From Podarcis filfolensis (lineage: Eukaryota): DNA of 64,000 nt. The stretch is from NCBI GenBank assembly GCA_964270895.1, contig OZ185437.1, one strand, 5' to 3'. Each line of letters opens with the position of its first letter. Positions within the stretch are counted from its first letter, which is position 1. Of the stretch, positions 47,917-60,974 are shown piece by piece. Both the position numbers and the translations under genes were made by a program. The notes under the pieces were generated by a model. It searched no databases and was not told the origin of the DNA. It saw only the letters and a list, made by a program, of their open reading frames with translations.

Positions 47917-47917
<1 letters not shown>

Positions 47918-48686
47918 GGAGTGAGGGGAACATTACTCATCACTAGTGGTGATGGAGCCATTCGAATTTGAGAAGTTAACCTATCAGTCCTTCTTCTCTG
48001 CCATATTGCATACAAGGATGCCATCAATTCTACCAAGCCAACTGTGCAAGCAGGCTTCATAGCCTTTATTTTATTTTATTTTTTATAGTGGCCTTCTGGA
48101 TTCTCCCGCTTCCAACAAAATCAATAGGGCTGTGTGCCCTCGATCTAGAGAAGCTCCTCTGATAATGTGGAATTGATCAAATGCCATTTTGTTTTCTGCA
48201 GTTATTGCATTATAGACAGAAAGAAGATTGCCCTGGTATTGAGTATAGCACCTTCCCTCTGCCGTTCCAGTGAAGAGAGATAATATCCTTGCTAAACAAT
48301 TAATTTTCTTTACAAGAGGATGAGAGATAAAGGAACAGGGAGGGATTTTATTTCATACATTGGACTCCCCAAAGAAACCAGTGCCAGTGTTTCCTGATAT
48401 GAAGTAGTTTTGCCTTCTAGCTTTCCCCACTTTTTGCCCCACAAAAAATGCTTGCACGCTATCTGGTGGATGATTGCTTTGTTTGGAAAAGCAGTCATTC
48501 CACTGTGTCCCCATTGCCTGAAGATGAAGCTTTATATTGTGATTAAAAAAATATATTTGCATCTAAATCTCAGGGAGGAATAAAAACATATGAAGTTACC
48601 GGTAGTTAGTGCTTGGCTTTTCAGCATGGCAAATGCAGATTTTGAGTGCCACAGAGATAGCAGTGTTTGATCAGGGCTACAGGAAA

Positions 48687-48862
48687 GAGAGTCAGTGTGG
48701 TGTAGCAGTTAACTGTTGGACTATGACCTGGGAGACCATGGTTCAAATCCCCACTCAGCCACGAAGCTCACTGAGTGACTTTGGGCCAGCCAATGCCCCT
48801 TAGCTTAATCTACATCACAGGGTTATTGTGAGGGCAAAATGAGGAGGAAGAGAACCATGTAT
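48687..48862 (+). mobile_element. Old MIR/Ther1/Squam3-like CORE SINE
   Basis: GAGAGTCAGTGTGGTGTAG...GGTTCAAATCCC head followed by a CORE-like segment. Confidence 0.7.
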
Positions 48863-51438
48863 TCTATAGGAGTCTCTAGAACTATACTGGGATAATTTTT
48901 TCATGTTACCTCTGTGATGTTTCTGCCATTCCTCTGTACTCCTCTATGGCCACATTGGTAATGTCTGATATTGTGTGTATAGTATGGGTACTACACATGC
49001 CCACGGATAAGTAGTCCTAGCATGGGAAATAGCTTCATCTGCGTGAGCTACATGACCTGGAACGTCAGATTACATCAACGAATTAATTGAATTACTTTCC
49101 ATACGTTTGTCTCCCACCTTTCTTTCCATTATTGTGTACGTGTGGATGGTCTTCCACCCAGACACTGGCCAGAACCAGACCCTGTTTTGCTTCAGCAACA
49201 TGGTGTCCTGGGAACTGACCATGGGGGAGCAACAACCACACCACCACCATGTGTACATTAAATTATGTGAGGCAGGGATGGTGTACCTTTGGCCCTCCAG
49301 ATGCTGCTGAACTGTGTCTCTCATCCCCGCCAACAGGCACGGCCAGTGACAATGGATGATGGGATTTGTAGTCCAGCAACATCTGGATGGCCAAGGGTTC
49401 CCCACACCTGTCATAAGGGGAAGCAAACTACACCACCCACACCCACACAAACTAGAGTATTTTGAAAGGAAAACCTGAGTAAAATGAACAATAAAAGCTG
49501 GAAAAAAATACATTAATTCTGAATGCCATGTACTTCTCTCCACTTACAAGACATATAGAGAGGGAAATTGTGAGGGAGGGGTTGTTTAAATGTTTGGCAC
49601 TAAGCACGATACATGGTGCGTATATTGATTTGCTGTTTACCAGTATTCAGGCATCTCTTTAAGTACCAAGAAAAGTGTTAAGTGCCTCCCCAAGGACACA
49701 ATGCAATGCAGGGGCTACCCAACAAGGTGAGGGGGAAACCTTTTCCTGAGACCCAAGCCAAATGGTAATTGGCAATTTACCAGATGAACTATTGAACACC
49801 TTTGAACCACACGGAGTGCTGAACACTTAAAATGCAGAATCAGAGCCATTAGGTTAAGTAATGCAATGAATGACATTTTCAAGGAAAATGTTTTCAGTGT
49901 GGAGGAGCTTGATGACAAATTTCAAAACTACCTAGGCAGACTTGAGAGCAGCAGATATATCACTTGCTGTCCATTTGTTCAGTTGTTCCTTAAGGCACAA
50001 ACAAAAGACATCACTCTTTTAATCCACGTTAATTTGCCCAGAATAACAAATACCCACTGGTTATGAGTTAATTGTACGTATGTGATTATTTAGGAATTAA
50101 GTGAATTAAGAGACTCCTATTCCTCTCCCACAGCTATCATTCCCAGAATTCCCTGTGAAAAGGGGTTGACTGTTAAACCACTATGGGAATGGTTGCTCTG
50201 GGAGCTCTGGGAACAGGATTCAACTCTCAGCATCCTTAACAAACTACAGATCTCAGAATTCTTTGGGGGGGAAGCAGTTCATTACACATTATTATGACAC
50301 ATGCTCGTCTATCTGGGAGATGATTCCCACAAACACTGAATGATCTTATAATTTAGTTTTCTATTTAATCACGGTGGTATAGTTGACAATGCTATCAACT
50401 AACTACCTCTCTTCCAGATGAGTTTTGTCTCCGTCTTATTAACTATAAAGTATACAGATTCCACAATAATAAATATGTTGACCCTAGGCACACCTAATGG
50501 TCAAATTTTTCAAGGGCATATGTATGCACCTGTTCCACATTTGATGGCTGGACGGGGTGAGATTTTATGCCCTTATTGACTTTGCAAAGTAGTTGAAATA
50601 TTGATTCTGCTTGGTTGCCCTGGGATATTTTTAAGGCAGACATTTATTCGAGACCTCAGTCTGTCAGTGGAAATAGCATATGATTTACTCAACATAATTT
50701 ACTTCTATTACTGTGCTTTTCTTTGATATGTCAGGTCTACTTAACTCAAAAGTGCTCTGCAGTTCCATTCCAAAAATGTTCACAAAAAGTTGTATTTTTG
50801 AATATGTCATCCTCCATATTAGTCTTACTATTACGTTGCAATTCTGTGTCTTACATGTTTAGAATAGAGATATACTTTGTCGACATGAAACGCACTGCAA
50901 GGAGAAATTCTTCATCTTCTATGAATAACTGTATATGTAAATATAATTTTATCTACTTATCCAGGCTTAAATTGAAGGTCATAATTCATGTCCTTAGGGC
51001 TACAGAGGGAAAGGTGGTTCGATAAGAGACCTTTTTCCCCTACGGGGAGGCTTTCTTGTCAATATCATCCATTCTCAGAAGGTATCCGCAGTAAATCCCT
51101 GTTTTAGAATTACTGCAAATAAGGGAAGCACGAAGACATGAAGAGCAAGATTTGCGAAGCAGTGGAAAGACCACCATCTTTCTGAGAAGAGGAAACAGGC
51201 TGTGCACATTGTACTCTTGGAAAACTGTTGTCAAAGTGTTTGCAATCTTCTATGAATGACATTTTATGTATGTATTTATATGATTCCTTATCTGCCCTTT
51301 ACCAGAAGGGGTGGGGTGGCTGGTGCCCATAACAACGCCATAACAACGCCATAACAACGAAACAATATTAAAACCAGTAAAAGCAATGTACAGCAGACTA
51401 TTAAATATTAAAATCAGTTAAAACAATTTGCACTAGAG

Positions 51439-51441
51439 AAA

Positions 51442-51480
<39 letters not shown>
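51439..51480. repeat. (AAAT)n microsatellite
   Basis: Direct reading. Confidence 0.95.
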
Positions 51481-51571
51481 AGGTAGGTGGTTAGACTAAC
51501 ACCCATCTGCCCAGCTGGCATGGCCAATTTAGGGCAGAATGTGACATATTAAAATCAATTTTTAAAATATA

Positions 51572-51739
51572 CCCTATTTTTCCATCTATAAGACGCCCCC
51601 ATGTATAAGACACCCCCCATTCTGGGGGGACTCCAATTTAAGAAAATGGGGGGAGATGACTCCGTGTATAAGATGAACCATGGTTTTGAACATTATTTTA
51701 GAGTAACAAAAACCCAATCTTATACATGGAAAAGTACAG
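51572..51739. mobile_element. pogo/Tigger-type MITE (older)
   Basis: Imperfect TIR CCCTATTTTTCCAT/ATGGAAAAGTACAG, TA flanks, internal TATAAGA repeats. Confidence 0.7.
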
Positions 51740-53244
51740 TACTTCAGAATGATAGCAAATAAATAAATTCTGGGATTCCATCTACCCCAGCCAGCATGGC
51801 CAATAGTCAGGATGATGGGAGTTGTCATCTAACACCATCTGGAGGACCACAGCTTCCACATTCTCCCCTGCTTTAAGCAGAAAGTGGATCATTTTTTAAT
51901 TGTTTCTGCTGCTTTTCAGTTCCCAGCTATAAACTTTGGGTTCACCAATAACCTGCATTGCAACTTTTGGTTCAGACAATAGCCTGCATTGCAATCAATT
52001 GCTGCATTCCAGGAGGTTGAATTAGATGACCCTATGATTCTATGAACCCTTATGTTGGAGTAGAAATATAGGTGGCAAAATTCAATGGAAGCAGTGATGC
52101 CAACTTCAATTAAAAAAACTGGGGGGGTAAGCCCCTCCCTGCATAATCAATCCCAAGACATAGCACACACACACAAACACCATTTGAAGGCAATGCCCAT
52201 CAACTTTGGGGGAGAGCGGCTTCCTTAAATATTTTATGGTGGGGTGGCAAAGGGACCTCAGCCCCTAGCTCCTATGAATGGAAATGCTAGGCTTCTGAAA
52301 CTGATTTTAGAGGTCATGAAAGTTGTTAGATTATTCGTCTTAGAAGCAGCTGTTGCAGCAGTAGCAGCAGCAATAGTATGAAGGAGAGGTGGTTGTGGCA
52401 TTTCTGCTTTAGGTGCCAAAATAGCTTGGCAAGTCTTGGGTACTTTGCATCTGGACTTGAGGGGACACCATTTGCTATTCAGCCTCAAGCAGAAAAAATC
52501 ACTTGGGCCATCTCTGTTTCTAGCATTGTTCATAAAAGGTATTTTTCTTTCTTTTGCTTTCCTATTAAAACTTTCCTATGAAAACTGATTTCCCTTGAAC
52601 TTGAAAGAATGCTTCTGACATATGTCAGAATGTCTTCTCTTCCACTATTTGGCCTTGGCGACCTATTGCTAAATGACAAAAATATAAAAAATATAAAAAA
52701 TCACTTTTATAGCTCACTTATATTTCTCCAACCAAGGTGGATGTTCATCTCTAAAATGCACACATTTCCAGTGCTACCTATAATTCCTGAGTGTTTCAGT
52801 TCATGTTTGTGATTGGCAAATTTTTGGTAGTTCAGCTTTTCCTTCCAAGATATTCATTTTGCTATACAATTGGATCCGCATGGTTTCAAGTTAGCATTTG
52901 AGACTTTCAGATACTGAAGAACAAAAATATATTGCGCTGTAGAGAAACTCATTAGGCTAACTATCAAGCAAGGTTGCAGCTTGCAGTAAACTCTCACTGT
53001 GGAATAAACATGGGTAAAATTGCATTTTCTAGCAGTATCACACATTTCCCCTAATAGCTAGCACTGTCTTTTTTATTTTACTTTTCTGTTGTTTAGACAT
53101 GTCCCAAGAAGTGTCCTATCCACAAGTCCCCTTTCCTTCTCTGCTTCTTTTGCTTGATACAACCCATCTACTGGAATAAAATTATGGATGGTGTTGAGAA
53201 AGTGGATAGAGGATAGTTTTCCTCCCTCTTTCATCATACTAAAA

Positions 53245-53360
53245 CTCAGGGACATCCAATGAAGCGGAATGTTGGAAATTTATGGAGAAACAAAAGGAAG
53301 TACTTTTCCACACAGTGCATAGTCAAACTATGAAAATTGCTCCTACAAGTTGTAGTGATG
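53245..53360 (+). mobile_element. CR1 LINE ORF2 3' fragment
   Basis: GGACATCCAATGAAG...AAAAGGAAGTACTTTTCCACACAG resembles the CR1 GHPMKL...KRKYFFTQR region. Confidence 0.6.
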
Positions 53361-54109
53361 TAGGTCTTTTTTCTGCAATCTCTACTGTTTGTATAATAAC
53401 CCTTGTGTGACTAAATGTACTGGTCCAATTATTTTAATCCAGGTTCAATCTTTGAATTAATCGTGGGAATCTTATGAAGGTACTCCAAGAAGGTATGAAA
53501 ACTAGACACCTATGTTGGTCTTGTGCCAGTACGTATAACTCTCATGGATTCTCCCAAAGAGCAGCAATTTCATAAGAGACTACTGCCTGAAATCCCTAAC
53601 TTTCCTGAGGAGTGGAATTGCTACTAATCCAGTTTAAGTCTGTGGTGGAGAGATGCCTATTTGTTGTATGGGAGATGGATATCCAGTGCTGTGGTACTAA
53701 TGAATAGCGTGTTGACGCTTAGTAATTTGATGGATAGAGCTCTGGTTTTCTCCCTTAAAAATATTATAATAATTCCTATGTCTGTATATTTTTGAAGAGC
53801 TGCTTTAATGTTTCTGAACAGAATGGAATTAAATAGCTTTTCCTAGATCGCAAACCCACATTTTTCAAAGGTACTTCTTAAGGATAAAATTTCTACAAAT
53901 TGTGCGCTTGAGTAAAGCAAATTTTGCCTCACTTTATAGAGAGTCAATGGTTGAATTCAGACATAATGATAATCCCTGATATAGGACCTGAATGCTCCCC
54001 ACTCTCCTCCTCTGGTATGGCTGTAATTCAGAAACTTCTGTTTGATTAATCTCAGTTCAGCCATATTGTTCGAACCCTAAAGTGTGATTAATTTTAACTA
54101 ACATACACT

Positions 54110-54240
54110 CATAAAATTGTAGAGTTGGAGGGTCCTCTCGTCCAACCCCTTGCAATGCAGGAATCTTTTTGCCCCACATGGGGCTCAAACCCACGACCCT
54201 GAGATTAAGAGTCTCATGCTCTGCTGACTGAGCTATCTGC
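54110..54240 (-). mobile_element. tRNA-Lys-head/CR1-tail SINE
   Basis: Reverse complement of the same family. Confidence 0.8.
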
Positions 54241-56934
54241 CTCATGGGCGTGATTGAAGCAAGCCACCTATAGTTTCAGCAAACTATAGTTAAAATTAAT
54301 CACACTTTTAACGGGTTTGGATGACACAACAAGCTGCAGTTAATCTAAGGAAGCAGAAGACGTCCTCATATCCATGCTGGAAGAGGAGCAGCAGCGCATC
54401 ATCCTCAGGCTTACTGGTGCTTATTCTGATAATGCTATACCATGTTTTGGTGTTATCTCAGAGCAAAACCATTGTAAGCAGAAACAGTGAGTTTCCCTTC
54501 TCAGCTTACATTTTTGAAATTGCTCAGACCTGCATTCCACCCCCCTCACCTCAGAAAACATATTTGTTTTGGACTCTGCTCCCTCCCAGCTACATTTGGC
54601 TCCTTCTCATCATAGGATAAATATAGGCACACACTTGATTATTCTCAGCTCATGAATGCTAGTAAATCCATGTAGACTTTAATGATATGTGTTGAAAAGT
54701 GGGGAAGGGGTGGGTAGGAATGCAAGTTCCTGTGTACACTTAGCTGTTGTATTTGAATCTTTCCCTATGGGGCTGTACGACCATGTGGCTAACAAACTGC
54801 GTTACAAGCTCCAGAACAGATGGGGAGGAGGAGAGCTGAAGACAATGAGGCACTACAAAATGAATGCTTCAAGAAAGTTCTGTTCCTGTATAATGTTTCA
54901 ACAGCAGAAAACATCTGGTTCCGCTTGAACTCCCCCTCCGCCTCTCTCATAATTTAGGAATTGTAGGCCTGAAAACATGACCTACCAAGTTGCATGCTGC
55001 CAACCAGCCTTGTGTGATTGCCTGTCAGAGACTTCATAGACTACCCTCTTGGGAGTGTAAATGCAAGAGGCTTATCAAGCATCTCTCAGGTTACCATATA
55101 TGGCGGTGAGCTATGCTTTGCTTTATTGGTCATGCTGAACAGTCTTGCGATTGACAGCCAAATTTATGATTAAATGTATGCACAATGCTTACTGAGTTCC
55201 TTGTGCTGCATTTGGCTTGGCAGGTCACAAACTGCGCAGGATCAATCTTATTAAATATAACCTTTGATACATTAAGGCAAACTAATTGCATGTCCTCAAA
55301 ATATCAAGACGAAATGGACCAAAATCACTGGTGAGTTTTGCCCCTGATTATTTTAAGGATGGCAGCCTAAATTCCTGCACAGAGATTAATGGGAAAACTA
55401 TCAGGCTTTCATCTGGGTGGTTAGTTTAATTTCTCCCTATTTTGTACAAGGCCTATCCCTTTTTTTAAAAAAAGCCTCTCTGTTTGTTTCTCCTCAAGTT
55501 ATGCACTGTTCTTGTTCACTGTACTCAGCAAAATGTTATCAGGATATCTTTTCTTTCCCTCAGCATTATGAAAGTGACTTTGCTAACAGGGAGTTCTGGG
55601 CACCACAACTGAAGAGCCCATGTCCCAAGCCACAGCTAGTTGTCCCTCTGATGATGGTGAGTTTGAGACAAAGCCTTCAACTGATAATCCCAACAAGGGG
55701 CAGGCTCATACCAGAGAAAGTGGTTCTTAAGCTTAAACTGCACAGGGCTTTAAAGGTAGTCTTCAGTATATCTGCATTGTGACATTTTCTACTCTTCTCC
55801 ATAAACCCAAATGGGAGGCACTGAACAGGCTGCGTTGTGGGAAACATGATCATGGAGCTTCTGAGAAAAGAAACAGATGAACTTATTGAAAGGTATTCCA
55901 CTCAGTTTGACTCAGACCTATTAATGGGCCTAACTTAGTCATGTTTATTAATTTCAATAATTTTTTCCTAGTAAAACTTCTCTGACTACCAGTCTGTAAG
56001 TTCAACCTCCCTTTCTTGATCACATGAATATGGTTTCTGGGTATTCACATAATCTTTGTATGTTTTACTGTCTGAGGCATGTGCTTGAGCTTCATCATTC
56101 AAGGCTACTTTGCCTCACTCAGACTCATAAGGAAGATTCCACAGTTTTTCTCACTTGCAATGTTATCTTCAGTAGTGGCTTTACTTGGGCAGAAAAACGC
56201 TCTGTGCTCCTCTTTGCTCAGTCATCGTCATGCACTGTTAACTGTTTTCTCTGCAGTTCTGAAAAAGCAGAATGTGATTAGTATGTCAGCTCTGAAGCCC
56301 TCTTTTTAATCCCATTGCTAGCATTCAGCCATTGGCTTCACGTTTCATTTCAGCATCTTGTTTAATAGTATCTGTGCTAAGTTCAGTGAGCTCTAGAAAA
56401 GCTAACAGTGGAAATATGGGCCAGCACTATGTACTTTTTGAAGTAATTTGATTTAGAGTAGAGAGCCAATTTAATGTCTCTGCCACCCTTGTGTGCCAGA
56501 AGGCTGTGAAAAGCCCCTTAAGAGGACATACAGCAAACATATTTTTCACATTTTCCAGCCATGTCTTCTTTTCCCTGTTACCAGTGTCTCTTGAATTACT
56601 ATCTAGAAATCAGTAACCAGATAAAATTATAACATTAACTATATTTGATTTGTCGTATATCTCATTCTGGACTGTATAGATTGATCTTTACAGAATAGCC
56701 CCCACACCAAAATCTTTAACAGCCATATTTCAGTTGCCTGACAGTTCCTTCTCTCATGTTACAGCTTCTACAGTTCTAAAATGGCTGCCACCTTTGGGAA
56801 TCTACAACCACATTTCTAAGTGAGGCATTTGAGGCCATGGAAGGCACATAGCACCAGCCAGTCCCCACTGCCTCATCATTGGAGACCATGCAAGGGCCGT
56901 CTTTCTCCATGCTCACTTACAGAATGGGCTATGT

Positions 56935-57304
56935 CAGGGATGTCCAACATGTCAATCGCGATCTACTGGTCGATCCTTGTGAGGTTTTGGTAGATCGCGG
57001 TCGATCGCTGGCCCCCTTCTGGCCCTGCCCCCTCTCCCTGCGTCAGCCTCTATTGTTACAGAAGGGAAGCCGGAGTTTAGAAACGGAGGCTGTTATCTGG
57101 CCAGCGATTGTAATTAGTGGCTGCTTCTGTTCCTCCCTCAGAAGAGCTGCAAAAAAGTCCTTACCCGCCCCCCAATGGGGCATTTCCCCTCCCCTGCAAA
57201 AAAGCTGAACAATTTTGACCTGAACCCCTGAAAAACTGGGGTAGATCACTGCCAGATTTTAATTTTGAAAGTAGGTTGCAGTCTCTTGGGAGTTGGCACC
57301 CCGG
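56935..57304. mobile_element. hAT-type MITE
   Basis: Imperfect TIR CAGGGATGTCCAAC/GTTGGCACCCCGG, 8-bp TSD GGCTATGT. Confidence 0.85.
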
Positions 57305-60228
57305 GGCTATGTGAAGGTCAAGTTAACAGAAAATTTAGCATGAACACCAGGAATTAAATGACCGGCATATTTTTTGTTTCATAAAGGAAATGTTAAGGAT
57401 ACAGTGAACAAGGAGATACCTAAAGGTGTGTGTTTAAGAAGTTTAAAATTACTGTAGAGTTTGTTTTCTAAAACCAACCAATCAGTTTTAATCTTTTATA
57501 CAAAAAAATCACCACCACAACCCTTGGGATTAGGAACAGAGTAACATAGTTATTCAAGTGCAGTGTTCTCTGAGTTTATGTTATGTATACTAGCTCTGCC
57601 TGGAGATACCAGCAATTGAACCTGGAACCTTCTGCATATAAAGCAGCTGTCCTTCCCCAAATGCTGGTAATTTGCAATGAACACCTATGGTATGTGGAGA
57701 GAAGCGGTTACCACCTTCCCAGATGCCTCAGTTGTTCAGAGCAAAAAATGAGGGAGGGTGAGAGATGCCAGAGATTTAAAAGACTTTATAGTATTATTAG
57801 AATCTGCAGTGTGATATGTGAAAACATGTTAATGATTCTGAATCTGGATTGTATACCACTGTTGAGGTAACAGAACTGTCAAGAGAGTCTCTAGCTGGTA
57901 ACTTCTTCCAGGCCTTTGATATGATCCCTAATAGGTCAGGGTCATGCTGAAGACAGAAACCTAAGAAAGTTTGCACTTCCAATGTCACCGTGAAGGAACT
58001 TCTGTTTTCTGAATGTGTTTTGTTTTCCTAGGGTTTTGGTGGGTTTTTTTAAAAAGCAAAAAACAAAATGTTGCTGCAATTAAGTATAAATGTGACCTGA
58101 TTGTTAATTCAATAAAATGAGTTTGGCAGTGGAATGGAGTTGACTATCAACTTATTTATGTTAGAGAAAAATAATTCAAATGAGATTGTACTGGATGTCT
58201 GAAGGGCATTGCATATTATTAATGCTGAACTAATTCCCTGGATGCAGTGAAAAACGCCGTGGTAACTTTATGCAAAGGTTTTAATTCTGTTTCAATACCA
58301 ATTACAATTGTGTTTCTCAAGCTCTGCAATGAAGTTTCCCCAAGACCAGCAGAAACGCCAAGTATATAAAGGTAAAAATATAGATACATTTCTTTGTTAC
58401 ATCTATATTCTACCTTTCATGAATCTCAGTTTCAAGGCAGCTTAAATAATGCTTCCAGATGTCCTCTCATCCAGGAACTGACCAGACCTAGACCTGCTTA
58501 TCTTCCACGTATCATCCTTGCATGACCCAGGACTATAGTTACTGAGAAAAATATAGTTGATAAACTTAGAAGCATGATCAACATAGTAATATCAAATGAA
58601 AATGTCTGATAGCCCCATGCAGAGAAGTTAATGATTTTCCACAATCTGCTTTGTTCATTTGTTCCCCTGCCATTCTCTCCTTTAAGTGCTGATAGTGTAT
58701 GTATTTTTAAAAGTTTATTTATTTAAGAAATATATAACCTGCCTTTGACTATGTCTCAAAGGAGCGTATAGTGTTGCATGATGAAGTCATTGTTACTAGG
58801 ATAAAATGGGTGATTATTTTTTTTTAATGATGGCTTTGCAGTGAATCTGCATGAAATGGTAAGTTTCTTTGAGGGGGGAATCTGGGGAAATTTATTAGTT
58901 CCCCAACCCCATTTCTGTGCTGTAAATATTCACACGCACATCCCGTCAAACATTCTCAACAGTATTCCCAGAAATTTTTCTTCTTAGGTAATCTTGTCTA
59001 TTGTATTGATGCTTCCTTTATTGAGTATCTGACCCCACTCATTAAAAAGGTTCTAAAAATATCAAAAGCAGCTTTCGATAAATCTACAAAGTAGGATTAG
59101 TGGATTATGCTGCATTAGCAATTAGGAGTACTAATGTGATACAAGGAAAAGGCAGGGGCCTGATTCTGTTCCTCTTGGCTGTGTCTGGCACTCTAACTGG
59201 GGTTACTTCTGATTTAAGCCTTTCTCAACAAATCTGTTTTGTTTCCTCTGCTAGCACCATACTCTTCACTCCAGCTTCCCATTCTAATGAGTATATAATG
59301 TATGTGTATGAATTAATGAGCCGGTATGATTATGGGGGCTCTAGAGTTGTTAGAGTCCCTGTGTAGAATTAGCACTCTAATAGGTCTCCTATCACTTGCC
59401 TTGTATTCCAGTTGAGCTGTGGGAATAATGTTTCTTTAAAGAGCAAAATAATGAGCCTTAGTACCTTGGAGAGTTCAGATGCTTTCATCTATTTTCTTTG
59501 GTTAGTTGTGGAGGCTGCATAAGGAAGTCACACGCTATGTTTACTAGGAGTTTAAGACATGACAAGATAATATGACAGTCGATGTTAACATCTTTGGAAG
59601 CAGATTTCATTTTTATTAAGAACTTTTAATTGAGAAGAGGTTTGCATTCGCAAAGGAGTATTTGCGTTGTCTTTCTTTCTTTTTAAAAATAAAATAGATA
59701 CTTGTCTGACTACCTGTAAAGCCTAATGTTGCTTTCACACGTTTTGCTTGGCTGTGTGTAACATATTCGAAAAGAGAAACAAATTTATGTGACTATGATT
59801 ATTGTAATTTGTAACATGAAAAGACTTTGTTTCAAATATAGACGCAACTGATGCTGTCATTTTCTGTTCACTGTACAAATTTGTCCTTATGCACTATGTG
59901 ACCCTATGTGATCATGGGGCATGATCAGTGAGGTCATAGTGTGTAGGCAAATAGATCTGGTTTGTGCCCCATAGTCCTCCCTTGCAAAGATACTGGGGAC
60001 CCACAGGTTTACAAATACCTAGCACCTAAGTGTCACAATTTCTAGCCTGGGGTCATGCAGAGGCAGACCTTGGGGTCTCAAATTTCAGTGGCACCCTGTG
60101 TGGTGCCAAAATCCAGCTCCCTCTTGCCTCTCACCTTCTATACTCCATCATAGTTGTGGTTCCCCCAGTGCAACCAAACCAGTCACGCTCCCCTAAATCC
60201 ACCTCTGGGTCATGCCATAATAACTGTA

Positions 60229-60594
60229 AAGGTAAAAGTAAAGGGACCCCTGACCATTAGGTCCAGTCGTGGCCGACTCTGCGGTTGCAGCGTTCATCTC
60301 GCTTTATTGGCTGAGGGAGCCGGCGTTTGTCCGCAGACAGCTTCCGGGTCATGTGGCTAGCATGACTAAGCCGCTTCTGGCGAACCAGAGCAGCACACGG
60401 AAACACCGTTTACCTTCCCGCCGAAGTGGTACCTATTTATCTACTTGCACTTTGACGTGCTTTCGAACTGCTAGGTTGGCAGGAGCAGGGACCGAGCAAC
60501 GGGAGCTCACCCCGTCGCGGGGGTTTGAACCGCCGACCTTCTGATTGGCAAGTTCTAGGCTCTGTGGTTTAACCCACAGCACCACCCGCATCCC
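60229..60594 (-). mobile_element. Sauria SINE, copy 1 of a tandem pair
   Basis: Full head, body and (ACCTTT)n tail on the minus strand. Confidence 0.93.
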
Positions 60595-60606
60595 ATAATA
60601 AATGTA

Positions 60607-60974
60607 AAAGGTAAAGGTAAAGGTACCCCTGCCCATACGGGCCAGTCGTGTCCGACTCTAGGGTTGTGCGCCCATCTCACTTAAGAGGCCGGGGGCCAGC
60701 GCTGTCCGGAGACACTTCCGGGTCACGTGGCCAGTGTGACGAAGCTGCTCTGGTGAGCCGGCACCAGTGCAGCACACGGAAACGCCGTTACCTTCCCGCT
60801 ATAAAGCGGTACCTATTTATCTACTTGCACTTAGGGGTGCTTTCGAACTGCTAGGTGGGCAGGAGCTGGGACCGAACGACGGGAGCTCACCCCGCCGCGG
60901 GGATTCGAACCACCGACCATGCGATCGGCAAGCCCTAGGCGCTGAGGTTTTACCCACAGCGCCACCCGCGTCCC
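60607..60974 (-). mobile_element. Sauria SINE, copy 2 of a tandem pair (different subfamily)
   Basis: Full length, but the 3' half differs from copy 1 (GGTACCCCTGCCCATACGGG versus GGGACCCCTGACCATTAGG on the + strand). Confidence 0.93.
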
